A DNA stretch of 59,026 bases, counting the filler. It is 6 parts of 6 records of this genome, joined end to end, with 100 filler letters (N's around TTAATTAATTAA, not from the genome) between each part and the next. Parts side by side here need not be neighbours in the genome. Positions count along the whole stretch, not along the records: positions 41,545 to 53,147 come from SRR31156797_5912; positions 53,248 to 59,026 come from SRR31156797_5915; 4 more parts are not named here. One strand, 5' to 3'. Position numbers and translations under genes: made by a program. Shown in pieces: positions 52,210-59,026 of this stretch (positions are counted from its first letter, which is position 1; every line of letters starts with the position of its first letter). The notes beneath the pieces were generated by a model. The model had not been told where the DNA came from, ran no database searches, and worked only from the letters and a program-made list of their open reading frames with translations.

Positions 52210-53018
52210 GGCGTTGTCAGAGCAAATTGCGTAGGACGAAGGAAACCGGACGCGCTTGCTTCTCACGCGGCAAGTTCACGCCAATCCGCAAGGGCCGCGG
52301 CGCGGTTGAGTTTGAAAGTTAGGCGATTGTAGAGATGACGTTCCTGATTGAAATGGTTATGGACTGAAGAGTGGATCGAGGCAAATTTCTGTAACGATTT
52401 TGTGTTCCTGAATCTCGCCATCGCTCGCTCCCTTCGGCGGAACGGCTGATGAGAGTTCTCAGCTCGATTATTGAGCCAGCGGTCGGTCTCGTGGCGCTGT
52501 ATGTTACCGATCTTTCTCATCGCCGCCCGGTAGGAGCGAAGTCGATCTGTAACGATCGCCTTTGGGCAACCAAATCGCTTCATCGACTTTTTCAGGAACC
52601 TGACCGCAGCCCTCCGGTCTCGCTTCTTCGTGACATACGATTCCAGGATTTCGCCCTCGTGATCGACCGCCCGCCATAGATAGTGTGTCTCACCGTTGAT
52701 TTGTACGAACACCTCGTCCAGATGCCATCTCCATTGTGGAAACTCCCGCATCGACGTTGGCCACTTCTTTCGTATTTCGGCGGCAAACATCGGTCCGAAC
52801 CGGTTCCACCAGGCCCGAACCGTTTCGTAGCTGATATCAATTCCACGCTCGTGAAGAATGTCCTCGACCTGTCGCAACGACAGCGGAAACCGGACATACA
52901 TCATCACGGCCAAGCGAATGATCTCGGGCGAAGTCTTGAAATAACGGAAGGGATTTCTCATCCGGAGAGGCTACGAAACCCACATCACCTACTCAAGCCG
53001 GTTTTCTCTGACATCGCC
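52210..53018 (-). mobile_element. IS6 family insertion sequence, about 809 bp
   Basis: Terminal inverted repeats GGCGTTGTCAGAG (52210) and CTCTGACATCGCC (53006-53018) flank the transposase. Confidence 0.88.
52263..52961 (-). CDS. IS6 family DDE transposase
   Basis: RFPLSLRQVED, WHLDEV, YLWRAVD, IVTD, NNRAENSH. Confidence 0.95.
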   Translation of the reverse strand: MRNPFRYFKTSPEIIRLAVMMYVRFPLSLRQVEDILHERGIDISYETVRAWWNRFGPMFAAEIRKKWPTSMREFPQWRWHLDEVFVQINGETHYLWRAVDHEGEILESYVTKKRDRRAAVRFLKKSMKRFGCPKAIVTDRLRSYRAAMRKIGNIQRHETDRWLNNRAENSHQPFRRRERAMARFRNTKSLQKFASIHSSVHNHFNQERHLYNRLTFKLNRAAALADWRELAA

Positions 53019-53117
53019 CGAGATAGGGTTAGGTATGCTGGATTTTTCAAAGCCAATGTCCCCCCGACGTGTCCCACCAAGGGAAATCAAGGGCTAAGGC
53101 ATTGACTTTAAAGGAAA

Positions 53118-53147
53118 TGGTGGGCCCGGCAGGACTCGAACCTGCAA
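53118..53147 (-). tRNA. 3' end of a tRNA (T-arm, acceptor strand, CCA), probably tRNA-Ile(CAT)-like; either a truncated gene or an att-site duplication
   Basis: The minus strand reads TTGCAGGTTCGAGTCCTGCCGGGCCCACCA. The anticodon lies beyond the contig end, so identity is inferred. Confidence 0.75.
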
Positions 53148-53247
53148 NNNNNNNNNNNNNNNNNNNNNNNNNNNNNNNNNNNNNNNNNNNNTTAATTAAT
53201 TAANNNNNNNNNNNNNNNNNNNNNNNNNNNNNNNNNNNNNNNNNNNN
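53148..53247. other. Artificial contig spacer
   Basis: 44 N + TTAATTAATTAA + 44 N. Confidence 0.98.
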
Positions 53248-53632
53248 CACCGACGACCAGGCCATTGCCGTGGCGGCAAGGGAGAACGCCACCAGCCGGA
53301 AAAACATCAGCGACCTTGAATCCATTCTCAACGACCTGATGAAAAACGCCAAGATCAACGAATCCAGCCGCCTTGCAACCAAGGTCCAGAGTTCCATGTG
53401 CAAGGGGCTTGCCAAAAAATACTCCAGAATCAAGAACCTCGGTGTAAAACAGGCCCCCTTCTATGTGCTTCTGGGGGCAAGGATGCCTTCCATCCTCATC
53501 GAGACATCGTTCATCAGCAACAAGACAGAGTGCAAACGCCTTGTCAGCTCAACCTATCAGGAACGCCTGTGCGACGCCATCATCGATGGGGTCGAACGCT
53601 ACATAAAGGAGACCAACCCAAAGACCTTCTAA
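53248..53632 (+). CDS. N-acetylmuramoyl-L-alanine amidase (Amidase_3), C-terminal part (5' truncated)
   Basis: AARENA, GVKQAPFYVL.GA.MPSILIETSFISN..E. Confidence 0.88.
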
Positions 53633-53652
53633 CCTGTATAAAGGAGCAGATC

Positions 53653-54444
53653 ATGACATTCAAACACCTGAAGTATGACGTTGCAGAGACCATCGGAACA
53701 CTCACCTTTAACAGACCCAAGGCGCTGAACGCCCTGAACCGGGAACTGATCGAGGAGCTTGGCATCGTCATCGACAGGGTTGAAGCCGATCCCGATATCA
53801 AGGTTCTTGTGTTGACTGGCGCCGGAGACAAGGCCTTTGTGGCCGGCGCCGACATCTCGGAACTCACCGAAATGAACGCCCTCCAGGCCAAGTATTTTTC
53901 CGCAAAGGGCCAGGAGACCTTTTCCAGGCTCGAAGCCCTGAGCATCCCCGTGATCGCGGCCGTCAACGGATTCGCCCTTGGCGGCGGCACCGAGGTGGCC
54001 CTTGCCTGCGACTTTATCTACGCTTCTGAAAAGGCGGTGTTCGGCCTGCCTGAGATCACCCTGGGCCTCATTCCCGGCTTTGGCGGCACCCAGCGCCTGG
54101 CACGGCTTGTGGGCCCCAACCGGGCAAAGGAGCTCATCTATACCGGCGCAACCGTACCCGCTCCCCAGGCAGAGGCCTACGGCATTGTCAACAGGATCTT
54201 TGCACCGGAAGAACTCATGGACGGGGTGATGAAAACCGCAAAGAAGATGGCCCGCATGGGACGGGTCTCCATCAGGGCGGCCAAGGAAGCCGTCAACACT
54301 GGATTACGCACGGATCTTGAAACCGGCTGCAAAATCGAGAACAACGCCTTTGCCCTGTGCATGGCAAGCACGGACGCCAGGGAAGGCACCCAGGCATTCC
54401 TTGAAAAACGGAAAGCCGCGTTCACAGGGACCCTCGAGAAATAA
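53653..54444 (+). CDS. Enoyl-CoA hydratase/crotonase
   Basis: Start MTFKHL at 53653 after AAGGAG. NRPKALNAL, FVAGADI, GFALGGGTE, PEITLGLIPGFGGTQRL. Confidence 0.93.
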   Translation: MTFKHLKYDVAETIGTLTFNRPKALNALNRELIEELGIVIDRVEADPDIKVLVLTGAGDKAFVAGADISELTEMNALQAKYFSAKGQETFSRLEALSIPVIAAVNGFALGGGTEVALACDFIYASEKAVFGLPEITLGLIPGFGGTQRLARLVGPNRAKELIYTGATVPAPQAEAYGIVNRIFAPEELMDGVMKTAKKMARMGRVSIRAAKEAVNTGLRTDLETGCKIENNAFALCMASTDAREGTQAFLEKRKAAFTGTLEK

Positions 54445-54452
54445 TTTTTTTC

Positions 54453-54482
54453 TTGACAAGGCATTTGATTCCCGATAGACAT
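54453..54482 (+). promoter_or_regulatory. Possible sigma70 promoter for the paaK leader
   Basis: Perfect TTGACA at 54453-54458 with an imperfect -10 (TAGACA) at 17-bp spacing. Confidence 0.45.
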
Positions 54483-54515
54483 AAAAATCAAATTAACTCA
54501 AAAGGAAGAAAAACA

Positions 54516-54596
54516 ATGGCATACAGGTTCTATTTTATATATTTTTTTAAGGCAGGCTTTCGATTTACAAAGTCTGCCCATGGAAAGATTATATAA
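54516..54596 (+). CDS. Putative Phe/Tyr-rich attenuator leader peptide, MAYRFYFIYFFKAGFRFTKSAHGKII (26 aa)
   Basis: RBS AAAGGAAG at 54501-54508. Six Phe and three Tyr codons, seven of them in codons 3-11. Overlaps alternative hairpins. Confidence 0.7.
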   Translation: MAYRFYFIYFFKAGFRFTKSAHGKII

Positions 54597-54669
54597 GAAC
54601 CAAGCCATAATCTGACAATAGAAACCATGGGTGGACTCGAAGAGAACGAAACCCATGGTTTTTTATTTT
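54551..54669 (+). promoter_or_regulatory. Transcription attenuator (1:2 hairpin, 2:3 antiterminator, 3:4 terminator)
   Basis: 1:2 GGCAGGCTTT/AAAGTCTGCC; 2:3 AGTCTGCCCATGG/CCATGGGTGGACT; 3:4 AAACCATGGGT/ACCCATGGTTT followed by a T-tract. Confidence 0.7.
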
Positions 54670-54670
54670 C

Positions 54671-54710
54671 AAGGGCCAGGGGTTTTAAAATCCTTGAGTC
54701 CTTTTTTTTT
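54671..54710 (+). terminator. Second terminator-like hairpin in the paaK leader
   Basis: AAGGGCCAGGGG-ttttaaaa-TCCTTGAGTCC followed by T9; imperfect stem. Confidence 0.5.
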
Positions 54711-54753
54711 GGTTTTCTAACAACCGGCCCCAACGCCAAAAGGAGAATCACTT

Positions 54754-56058
54754 ATGCCGATCTTTAACATGGATTTTGAAACAATGCCCCGGGAAGCCCT
54801 GGCGGCCATCCAGCTCTCACGACTGAAAACCACCCTGGAAAAGGTATATGCCACCGTTCCCTTTTATCGTGAAAGCTTTAAAAAGGCCGGCATCACCCCC
54901 CAGGACATCAACTCCCTGGATGATCTGCGCCGCGTGCCCTTCACCACTAAGCAGGACCTGAGGGACAACTACCCCTACGGCATGTTCGCCGTTCCCATGG
55001 AGAACGTGGTCCGGATCCATGCAAGCTCAGGCACCACCGGAAGCCCCACCGTTGTCGGCTACACCAAGCGGGACATCAAAACCTGGTCCGAACTCATGGC
55101 AAGGGCCCTTGCGGCCGGCGGAGCCACCAGCCGGGACATCCTCCACAACGCATACGGCTACGGCCTTTTCACCGGCGGCCTCGGGGTCCACTACGGCGCC
55201 GAACGCCTGGGCGCATCGGTCATCCCGGTCTCCGGCGGAAACACCAAACGCCAGATCATCATCATGAAGGATTTCAAGCCCACCATCCTCACCGGCACCC
55301 CCTCCTACATCCTCCACCTGGCTGAAGTCGCCGAGGAGATGGGGGTATCGTTCAAGGATCTGAGCTTCAAGGCCGGCATCTTCGGGGCCGAGCCCTGGTC
55401 CGAGGCCATGCGGGAAGAGATCGAATCCAAGCTCGGCCTCAAGGCCATCGACATCTACGGCCTGAGCGAGATCATGGGACCCGGCGTCAGCATCGAGTGC
55501 ATCCAGGCCCAGAACGGCCTCCACATCTTCGAGGATCACTTCATCCCGGAGATCATCGACCCTGTCACCGAAGAGGTGCTGCCCTACGGAGAGACAGGCG
55601 AACTCGTCTTCACCTCCATCACCAAGGAAGCCTTTCCCATCATCCGGTACCGAACCCGGGACATCACCTCCCTGAATCCCGAACCCTGTATCTGCGGCCG
55701 GACCCACGTGCGCATGAAGAAGGTTTCCGGCAGAACCGACGACATGCTGATCATCCGGGGCGTCAACGTCTTCCCTTCCCAGATAGAGGATGTTCTCATG
55801 AAAAGCGACAATATTCTGCCCCATTACCAGCTTGTGGTTGACAGATCCGGTAATCTTGATACTCTAACGGTCAAGGTCGAGGTCAGCGACCAGATATTCT
55901 CGGATCAAATCAAGAACCTCCAAAACATGGAGGCCAAAATTTCCAAGGACATCAAGGAATATCTGGGCGTGTCCGCCAAGGTGAAGCTGGTTGAACCGAA
56001 AGCCATTGAGCGGAGCCAGGGCAAGGCCATACGGGTTATTGACAACCGGAACATTTAA
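54754..56058 (+). CDS. paaK: Phenylacetate-CoA ligase
   Basis: [63 protein letters not shown]. Confidence 0.93.
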   Translation: MPIFNMDFETMPREALAAIQLSRLKTTLEKVYATVPFYRESFKKAGITPQDINSLDDLRRVPFTTKQDLRDNYPYGMFAVPMENVVRIHASSGTTGSPTVVGYTKRDIKTWSELMARALAAGGATSRDILHNAYGYGLFTGGLGVHYGAERLGASVIPVSGGNTKRQIIIMKDFKPTILTGTPSYILHLAEVAEEMGVSFKDLSFKAGIFGAEPWSEAMREEIESKLGLKAIDIYGLSEIMGPGVSIECIQAQNGLHIFEDHFIPEIIDPVTEEVLPYGETGELVFTSITKEAFPIIRYRTRDITSLNPEPCICGRTHVRMKKVSGRTDDMLIIRGVNVFPSQIEDVLMKSDNILPHYQLVVDRSGNLDTLTVKVEVSDQIFSDQIKNLQNMEAKISKDIKEYLGVSAKVKLVEPKAIERSQGKAIRVIDNRNI

Positions 56059-56081
56059 CACAAGCAAGGAGGTAAACTGAC

Positions 56082-56513
56082 ATGCGAGCAGAGCAGATAT
56101 CGATATTTCTGGAAAACAAGGCCGGGCGCCTTGCAGAGGTCACTGCCATACTCAGGGATGCAGGCGTCAACATAAGGGCGCTCTCCCTCGCAGACACAAC
56201 GGATTTCGGCATCCTGAGGCTGATCGTCAACGATAACCAGAAAGCGGAGGATACCCTTAAAAGAGAGGGTTTCACCGTGGGTAAGACCGACGTGATCGCC
56301 GTGGAGGTCGATGACAATCCCGGCGGACTCAACAACGTTCTGGACCCCCTCACAAGCGAAGGAATCAATGTGGAGTACATGTACGCCTTTGCCAACCCCA
56401 ACAGAAAGAACGCCATCATGATCTTCCGGTTTGACAACATTGACAAGGCCGTCCAGATCCTGAGCGCAAACAACATCACCGTGATCAAGGGCGAGGATGT
56501 CTACAACCTCTAG
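56082..56513 (+). CDS. Tandem ACT-domain protein (family commonly adjacent to paaK)
   Basis: [45 protein letters not shown]. Confidence 0.92.
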   Translation: MRAEQISIFLENKAGRLAEVTAILRDAGVNIRALSLADTTDFGILRLIVNDNQKAEDTLKREGFTVGKTDVIAVEVDDNPGGLNNVLDPLTSEGINVEYMYAFANPNRKNAIMIFRFDNIDKAVQILSANNITVIKGEDVYNL

Positions 56514-56611
56514 CTTCTAAGCTTTCACCCCCCGCACCTGGCTTGCCCCCGTTATTATCGACAGACAAGGGGAGTAAACCAGGTGCGAAGTTTCTGTTGA
56601 GATTCAAAACA

Positions 56612-56650
56612 AAAACGGCCTGCCCGGGAAATTCCCGGGCAGGCCGTTTT
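56612..56650. terminator. Bidirectional intrinsic terminator between the ACT gene and rnfB
   Basis: AAAACGGCCTGCCCGGGAA-a-TTCCCGGGCAGGCCGTTTT between convergent genes. Confidence 0.85.
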
Positions 56651-56675
56651 GTTTGTTATTCTATGTGCCTGGAAA

Positions 56676-57500
56676 TCAGTCCGCGTTTTTTCCTACAAAA
56701 GCGATACAATCCTTAGGACACTTCTCAAGGCCTTTAATGGCCGGTTCTTCAAGTTCCGCCCGGTAGGCGTCGGTGTCCGCCACGGCAATATCCTTCTTCA
56801 TGACAAAGAATTTGTCGGAGGCCTTGACACAGGCCTTGCAGCCGATGCAGCCCTTCTCACACACGCTTGTGACGGGCTTGCCCTTGTCCAGGTTGGAGCA
56901 GAGCACGGAAGGAATTTTATCCTCATGGAAATCGGTCATGGAGATGATGGCCCTGGGACACGCCTTGACGCAGGCACCGCAACCGATACACTTGTCGTAA
57001 TCCACGACGGCAAGCCCGTCCTCGATGTGGATGGCGTCGTACTGGCAGGCGGTCACGCAGTCGCCGAATCCCAGGCAGCCGAATGTGCAGCCCTGGACAC
57101 CGGCAACAAGGTTTGCAGCGGCACACCGCATTTCACCCTTGTATTCGGTTCTGCCCAGGCGATCCTCAAAGCGGGCCCCGCAATGGACCACGGGACGGCT
57201 GGGCACCGAGTCCCCCACATCCACGCCCATGATATCGGCCACCTCGATGGCGCAGTTTTCACCGCCCACCGGGCACTTGTTTACCGGCGCATTGTCCGTT
57301 ACCACGGCAACGGCATATTCACTGCAGCCGAGATAACCGCAGCCGCCGCAATTGGCGCCGGGAAGGGCTTCCAGCACAGCCTCGACCCTTTCATCCACCT
57401 CAACATGGAACTTCTTGTTGGCCCATCCAAGTATGTATGACATGATCACTGCCATGCCAAGCATGGTAACGGCAGCGATGCCTATGGTTATTTCAATCAT
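56676..57500 (-). CDS. rnfB: Rnf complex subunit B (conventional length)
   Basis: TM anchor, [47 protein letters not shown]. Confidence 0.93.
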   Translation of the reverse strand: MIEITIGIAAVTMLGMAVIMSYILGWANKKFHVEVDERVEAVLEALPGANCGGCGYLGCSEYAVAVVTDNAPVNKCPVGGENCAIEVADIMGVDVGDSVPSRPVVHCGARFEDRLGRTEYKGEMRCAAANLVAGVQGCTFGCLGFGDCVTACQYDAIHIEDGLAVVDYDKCIGCGACVKACPRAIISMTDFHEDKIPSVLCSNLDKGKPVTSVCEKGCIGCKACVKASDKFFVMKKDIAVADTDAYRAELEEPAIKGLEKCPKDCIAFVGKNAD

Positions 57501-58284
57501 TGATACCTCGAATCTGCTGCTGTAAGTTGGGTTCGATCATTGCCGTCTGAACCTGATCCATGGAGGCTTCCATGGCCACTTCCCCAGTCGGTGTGATGGC
57601 CTTTCTGAGACCGGAGTCCACGCCGGTGAAGCCCATGAAGGCCAAGGCGAGGATACCGCCCACAACCAGTGTGATGGCAGCGCCCTTGAACGGCTCGGGC
57701 ACGTCGCACAGGTCAAGGTCCTCACGGATGCCCGACATGATCACGATGGCGATGGTGAAACCGAGGCCGCCGAAGAGGGCCAGGGTCAGGGACCGTCCGA
57801 GATCCCACGCGTCCGCCGGATTCTCGACCCCTGCCACATTACTCATGATGGTAAGGCAGGCAAAGAGAATGGCGCAGTTGGTGGTGATCAGGGGAAGGAA
57901 CACACCAAAGGATTTATACAGTGCCGGGAAGAATTTTCTCACATACATCTCAACAAACTGAACCGAGGAGGAGATGGAGAAAATATAGACAATGTAGCTC
58001 AGCACGGTAAGGTCAATGGTTGCCGCGGCCTCCTTGGACACGAAAAATCCCGCGATAAAGGAGGAAAGAGGCGCGCCGGGGATCAGCACCATGGTGGTGA
58101 TGGTCCAGCTCAGAAACGCCGCGATGCTGATGACAAAGGTAACGGCGCAACCCATGCCGAAGGCCATGTCAACCCGCCGGGACACACCGATGAAGGGGCA
58201 GATACCGACAAAGTAGTAGAGTACGAAGTTGTTGATAACCGCCGCACTCAGGGCAATCAGAAATATATCGATAATGTAGTTCAT
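57493..58284 (-). CDS. rnfA: Rnf complex subunit A with insertions and a C-terminal extension
   Basis: [27 protein letters not shown]. Confidence 0.9.
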   Translation of the reverse strand: MNYIIDIFLIALSAAVINNFVLYYFVGICPFIGVSRRVDMAFGMGCAVTFVISIAAFLSWTITTMVLIPGAPLSSFIAGFFVSKEAAATIDLTVLSYIVYIFSISSSVQFVEMYVRKFFPALYKSFGVFLPLITTNCAILFACLTIMSNVAGVENPADAWDLGRSLTLALFGGLGFTIAIVIMSGIREDLDLCDVPEPFKGAAITLVVGGILALAFMGFTGVDSGLRKAITPTGEVAMEASMDQVQTAMIEPNLQQQIRGIND

Positions 58285-58898
58285 ATGCTTCCTCCTGATT
58301 TACGCGCAGAGTACCAGTTGACCAATCCCAGGAGAAGCCCGAGGGTGATGAAGGCCCCCGGAGGCAGTACCATGATGACCCAGTCAGGCCATGCAGCAGG
58401 CAGCAGGTGGTAACCGAAGAGACCGCCGGTGCCGAGGAGCTCCCTTACCGCGGCAATGCTTGCCAGGGCAAGGCCGAATCCCAGGGACTGTCCCAGGGCG
58501 TCGGAGGCCGCAACGAACGGGCCCTGCTTGGACGCACACACCTCACATCGACAGATGATAAGGCAGTTAACGATGATCAAGGGGATATAGGGTCCCAGGG
58601 TCTTGCTCATCTGGTAGAGGTAGGCCGCAAGCACCCTGTCCGCAATGGTCACAAAGGTTGCGATGGTCAGGGTAAAAATGACGATCCGCAGATGGGGCTT
58701 GAGCAAATTCCGGAGCAGGCTGATCACCACGTTGGCGCAGACGAGTACAAATGCCACGGAACACGCCATGGTGATGGCCGGTTTCATTCCATTGGTAACG
58801 GCCAGGGTCGGACAGAGTCCGAGGAGCTGGCGGTACACCGGGTTTTCCGGCAGGATACCCTGCAGGAATCTCTCGGTGGCTGTTGGTTGATCTGCCAT
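58281..58898 (-). CDS. rnfE: Rnf complex subunit E
   Basis: [25 protein letters not shown]. Confidence 0.93.
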   Translation of the reverse strand: MADQPTATERFLQGILPENPVYRQLLGLCPTLAVTNGMKPAITMACSVAFVLVCANVVISLLRNLLKPHLRIVIFTLTIATFVTIADRVLAAYLYQMSKTLGPYIPLIIVNCLIICRCEVCASKQGPFVAASDALGQSLGFGLALASIAAVRELLGTGGLFGYHLLPAAWPDWVIMVLPPGAFITLGLLLGLVNWYSARKSGGSI

Positions 58899-59026
58899 TA
58901 CTGAACCCCCTTCCCGTCTGAATCTATCAATTGAGCCACCCGGGGTTTCAGATCGGAAACCGCCTGGTTTACAAATTTGGTCACGGCCTTCGAAGAGATG
59001 GTGGCACCGGAGATGGCATCGATCTC
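58898..59026 (-). CDS. rnfG: Rnf complex subunit G, C-terminal fragment (5' part outside the window)
   Basis: Manual translation EIDAISGATISSKAV.. contains the SGAT flavinylation motif. Its stop overlaps the rnfE start (TAATG). Confidence 0.85.
   Translation of the reverse strand, partial: EIDAISGATISSKAVTKFVNQAVSDLKPRVAQLIDSDGKGVQ

Noticed and set aside
52026-52322. 98-aa ORF with an internal repeat (RCQSK...GSKFTP..KG.GA.EFE twice)
   Set aside because: The repeat is the duplicated IS6 right end read on the opposite strand, not a protein repeat.
53398-53652. N-terminal extension of the enoyl-CoA hydratase
   Set aside because: It overlaps the amidase in another frame, and a strong RBS precedes the ATG at 53653.
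6419-59026. Two rnf clusters as paralogous systems in one organism
   Set aside because: They lie on different contigs separated by spacers and differ in codon style, so co-occurrence cannot be claimed.

Overview
The window is not one locus. It is six unrelated contig fragments joined by identical 100-bp artificial spacers (44 N + TTAATTAATTAA + 44 N), so gene context does not carry across spacers. Taxonomic labels below are inferred from gene content. (1) 1-23448, Desulfovibrionaceae-like: one minus-strand run dctB-dctD, sigma54 promoter, frdCAB, two-subunit fumarase, malic enzyme, DASS transporter, decaheme cytochrome c, rnfCDGEAB, pta, ackA, por. This is a complete fumarate/malate dismutation module. 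Its Rnf is atypical: RnfB is fused to a GltD/NfnB-like NADP(H)-type flavoprotein domain, and the RnfC flavin/NADH motifs are eroded. (2) 23549-29574, spirochaete-like tamB-bamA. (3) 29675-35948, alphaproteobacterial hypE-hypX, a secreted coiled-coil protein and a PAS histidine kinase. (4) 36049-41444, planctomycete-like: SGNH-fold protein lacking catalytic residues, pdxJ, ClC-CBS and a PQQ-repeat protein. (5) 41545-53147, alphaproteobacterial island beside a tRNA 3' end: Nac-like LysR, Liv-type ABC transporter, hydantoinase/oxoprolinase A+B, an SDR, and an IS6 with two extra stacked IS ends. (6) 53248-59026, Desulfobacterales-like amiC, enoyl-CoA hydratase, paaK, ACT protein and a conventional rnfGEAB end. 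The two best leads are the rewired Rnf in fragment 1 and an unannotated Phe/Tyr-rich leader peptide with a full 1:2/2:3/3:4 attenuator upstream of paaK in fragment 6.
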